This document shows positions 37,755-40,780 of a DNA stretch of 40,780 nucleotides, one piece after another. The stretch's first letter is position 1; every line of letters starts with the position of its first letter. The translations under genes were made by a program, and so were the position numbers. Origin of the DNA: Octopus bimaculoides. Its lineage: Eukaryota. The notes beneath the pieces are model-generated. The model did no database searches. It was not told the DNA's origin and saw only the letters and a list, made by a program, of their open reading frames with translations. The stretch lies in contig NC_069000.1 in assembly GCF_001194135.2 (NCBI RefSeq), positions 41,051,175 to 41,091,954 on the forward strand, in the 5' to 3' direction.

Positions 37755-38996
37755 CACCAGAATAAAAGTAAAGACAAAACCAAATGTTGATATTTCGATA
37801 TTTTGAATGCATGTAATAGAGGCGGATGGGTTAGGCATGTAAGGTGGAAGTGAAAAAACATAGACAGATAAGGGGAAGCTGGATGAGGGAAAATCAAGTA
37901 CATAAATAGATAAATACATGATTAAACCGGCAATAAATCTGATTGGCAAAGAGTAGGAGACGAATGAGTAGAGGAAAACGGTTTTTTTTATCACGTGGGG
38001 TTACATAACGACTTCCTCATTGCACGCATGTGGCAGTTAAGCAGTTTTTTTTTATTCAATGGTGTTCAGTATGTTTTCGGTTTTTACTTTTGGGATAAGC
38101 TTTCATTGTATCAATTATAGTTAGAGAGTATCATTTGTGAGATCTTTGTTAATTTATACTGTACGTCTTTTATATGAGAGAGATGGAAAAAGACAACTTT
38201 AATGTCGGAATCATCTCTGATTTAAAGTAATTTTTTTCTGCGCTTAAATCGATAATAATTGTGTAAAAGTCTTGAAATCCAACCCATATCATTAATCTAT
38301 TCCAATGTAGTAATTTAATGAAGGAAATCATTGATGCCCTGAAAAGTTATTTGGTAGAAGTTATCCATGAAGACGTAGGTAGTTATATATAGAATATTTT
38401 GTATTTTTGGTTGTACTCATCTCCTTCAGTCATACAACTAACATACATACCAAGTGTATCATCATAATAATTTCTCCTGAAAATAGTTAAGATTTAGAGA
38501 AAATATTTGAATTTCATAGATCATGTTCGTGTTTTAAGAGAAGTACCAGTTAAGATGGCCAAGGCAATAGAATGCCTTCCTTTGAATATTGATTTCGTTC
38601 AAACATTACAGAACTTAAATTATACCTTGTTGAATGTTAAGATGCATTTCAGTCGATTGTGACTCAATGAATAATAGTTACTAATATGCTAAATGTGATC
38701 AAAGCGGTGACCTGGCAGAATCATTACTGTATGGACAAAATGATTAGTGCATTTTTCCGTCTTTGATTTCCGTCTTTGATTTCAAATGCCACCGAGGTCA
38801 CGTCGCCTTTCAGGATTGATAAGACAACTACCTGTTGAGCACTGGGGGTCAAATCCACGCAATTGCTGTCCTTGAACCAAAATTTGAAACCCTTATTACG
38901 CTAAATTTGAGCCAGTTGCCTTTACAGATATATCTCCTTCCACTGAGGAATTTTTTGTTTAATAAAACCAAAACATACGTTTTCTATATTTTGCAG

Positions 38997-39438
38997 TTGC
39001 GGAACCAATCATGAAAAACCCCTTAGTGATGGCATTATATCATGTTTTTCTCCGTGAACACAATAGACTTGTCGAGACACTTACCCCAGCTTGCGGCAGC
39101 ACAGGTTGCCGAAATGAAGCAAGGACGTTGTTGATTGCCATGTTCCAGCATATTGTATGTAACGAATATTTACCACTGTTGCTCGGCTCCTCAGCTAGAT
39201 GTTTGAATACAAGTAATTATACTTACGATAACACAAGTTCGCCTATGGTTTCTAATGCTTTCGCCGTTGCCTACAAATTAGTTGGGGCTTCGATGTTGAG
39301 AGATACTGTAACTATCGGTGGAAATTTAAATGTTTCTGTGAAAACTATACTGAACGACTCAACGCAAGTAGACTCAGATCTCGAGATGACGAACATTGTT
39401 AATGGAATGCTGACAGACTACAGTCTTAAAATCGGAAG
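38997..39438 (+). CDS. Peroxidase-like gene C central exon (AEPIMKNPLVMALYHVFLREHNR...FAVAYKLVGASM...)
   Basis: Acceptor tattttgcag, donor gtaagt, 442 nt, phase 1/2, open frame. Paralog of 35220-35640 with a net +7 codons. Confidence 0.93.
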
Positions 39439-39865
39439 GTAAGTCTATATTCCGTTCGATAACTCTACTTACTGAATTCAAATTCCATCAGAGCAGACAA
39501 TTCTTTGATAGCACTGGTGTCTGTAAAATAAATACCATTTTGGATGTATGTATCTATATAGGCAAACACGCATATGTATATGCGTTTGTGCGTGTGTGAA
39601 TTATACAATCGTCATGAAATTACTGGATGAAAATATGGTTTGATCATTGGACAAAAAGTTTGCCTTTTACGTTCTTTCAAAGTAGATTTTATTTGTCATA
39701 TTTCGGAAGATGAAATATGAAAATAAACTATTGAGATCCAATTAATCGTTATATCCCTCCCAGTATGTGTGGTGTATTACCAATTATACAAATTATTATG
39801 CAATTATAATTCCTATAAGTTTATTGCTTCCTTTTTCTGATATCTAATTCTCTTTTTTTTTTCAG

Positions 39866-40066
39866 AGAAATACCCTGTTCTTTTCGAGACGACTGCCAAT
39901 ACTCCGATATAGTGTCAGTCTTAATCCAAGACACGCGTTATTTTGGAATACCACCGTACTTCGTTTGGCTGGCGCTCACAGTTAATTCAACTGATATGCC
40001 TTCAACGATTGATAATTTGCCCTACCAGACACCTGCGAATCTAATAGCCACAGATTCATCTTATCA
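39866..40066 (+). CDS. Peroxidase-like gene C exon (EIPCSFRDDCQYSDIVSVLIQDTRYFGIPPYFVW...)
   Basis: Acceptor ttttttttcag, donor gtgagt, 201 nt, phase 2/2, open frame; paralog of 34598-34798. Confidence 0.92.
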
Positions 40067-40738
40067 GTGAGTGAATATTAAAATATTATACTTTTTAATT
40101 GGTTGTATACTATTCAAAATATTAGTGAGCCTCTTGCAACTTCATAGTTGTATTACTTTCATATGTGAAAAAAATTTGTTTGCATTTGGTCTGTGTGATT
40201 CAGTAGCAATTAGGTAAGTCTACGAATAGAATTAACAAGATTTTGCAGTTAGGAATTTTAGATCATTAGAACATGAGCAATAATTATTTTCCTGAAATCG
40301 GAAGCTAATAGATTTGACCTGCGTATTCATTAATCTGAATATGTCACCTGTACGAAAACATGTCGCAAGCAAATACACACAACTATAATTAAGTCAGCCA
40401 ACCCTACTATAATTAGGTACCATCAATTTCAACTAGAATTCAAACCAATTACGTTGTTTTCCATGAGAAAAAAAAATTTACGTGTATAATACAGTTTCAT
40501 CTTGCAACGGCGGTCGGGCGACGATTTAGTATCAGTTATATATGTACGACAACAATTCTTGATTAATACATATACCAACAAATGCACTGTAAAGTATAAA
40601 ATGGCGGTGGTTATTATATTATACTTCACTTTCCTGCTTCATAGAGAGTAATATGCAAGAGTGGGTGACTAACGTAGGCGGAAATTAAGCCCTATTTCAT
40701 TTATCATACAGCGTATTAATAACCATATAGGACTTAAA

Positions 40739-40780
<42 letters not shown>

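Larger units (their letters stand above)
38070..40745 (+). repeat. Right arm of large inverted repeat (contains gene C exons)
   Basis: Reverse-complement match to 33673-36555; ends in (CT)n at the window edge. Confidence 0.95.

Noticed and set aside
636-37903. Many long ORF-track entries spanning N gaps or made of (CA)n, (TA)n, (TAC)n runs
   Set aside because: Artefacts of gaps and microsatellites (poly-X, HT/CV/YI repeats).
33673-40745. The two arms being alleles of one gene mis-assembled side by side
   Set aside because: Exon divergence of ~25% with indels is far above plausible allelic levels, so paralogy is preferred. Orientation and adjacency still depend on scaffolding across gaps.
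1-40780. CRISPR arrays, rRNA, genuine tRNA genes, prokaryotic operons
   Set aside because: None seen. The tRNA-like A/B boxes belong to SINE heads, and the window is eukaryotic intron-rich DNA.

Overview
AT-rich, microsatellite- and gap-rich eukaryotic DNA, most likely an octopus. That assignment is inferred from the SINE, LINE and Penelope repeat families and is not database-checked. The main content is a cluster of three spliced animal haem-peroxidase-family (peroxidase-cyclooxygenase superfamily) genes that the ORF track mostly misses. Gene A is on the minus strand and only its 5' half is present (signal peptide at 5190, running to about 29). Gene B is on the minus strand and only its 3' half is present (35640 to the stop at 23371, ending in a TSP1-like module). 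Gene C is on the plus strand, with two middle exons (38997-40066), and runs off the window. Exon frames and splice phases are intact, but by hand alignment to myeloperoxidase (MPO) the catalytic and haem-binding residues are replaced: distal Asp94/His95 to Met/Phe in A; proximal His336 to Ala, Asn421 to Leu and Arg424 lost in B and C; distal Arg239 lost. They look like secreted pseudo-peroxidases. B and C lie head-to-head in a ~2.7-2.9 kb inverted repeat in which introns are up to ~99% identical while exons are only ~75% identical, with mostly amino-acid-changing differences in glycosylated loops. The 5' halves of B and C were not found in the 1.5 kb centre. The rest of the window is degenerate transposons (R4/Dong-like, L1/Tx1-like, Ty3/gypsy, Penelope, Tc1/mariner, tRNA-SINEs), small fold-back elements, microsatellites and assembly gaps. 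All alignments and counts were done by eye.
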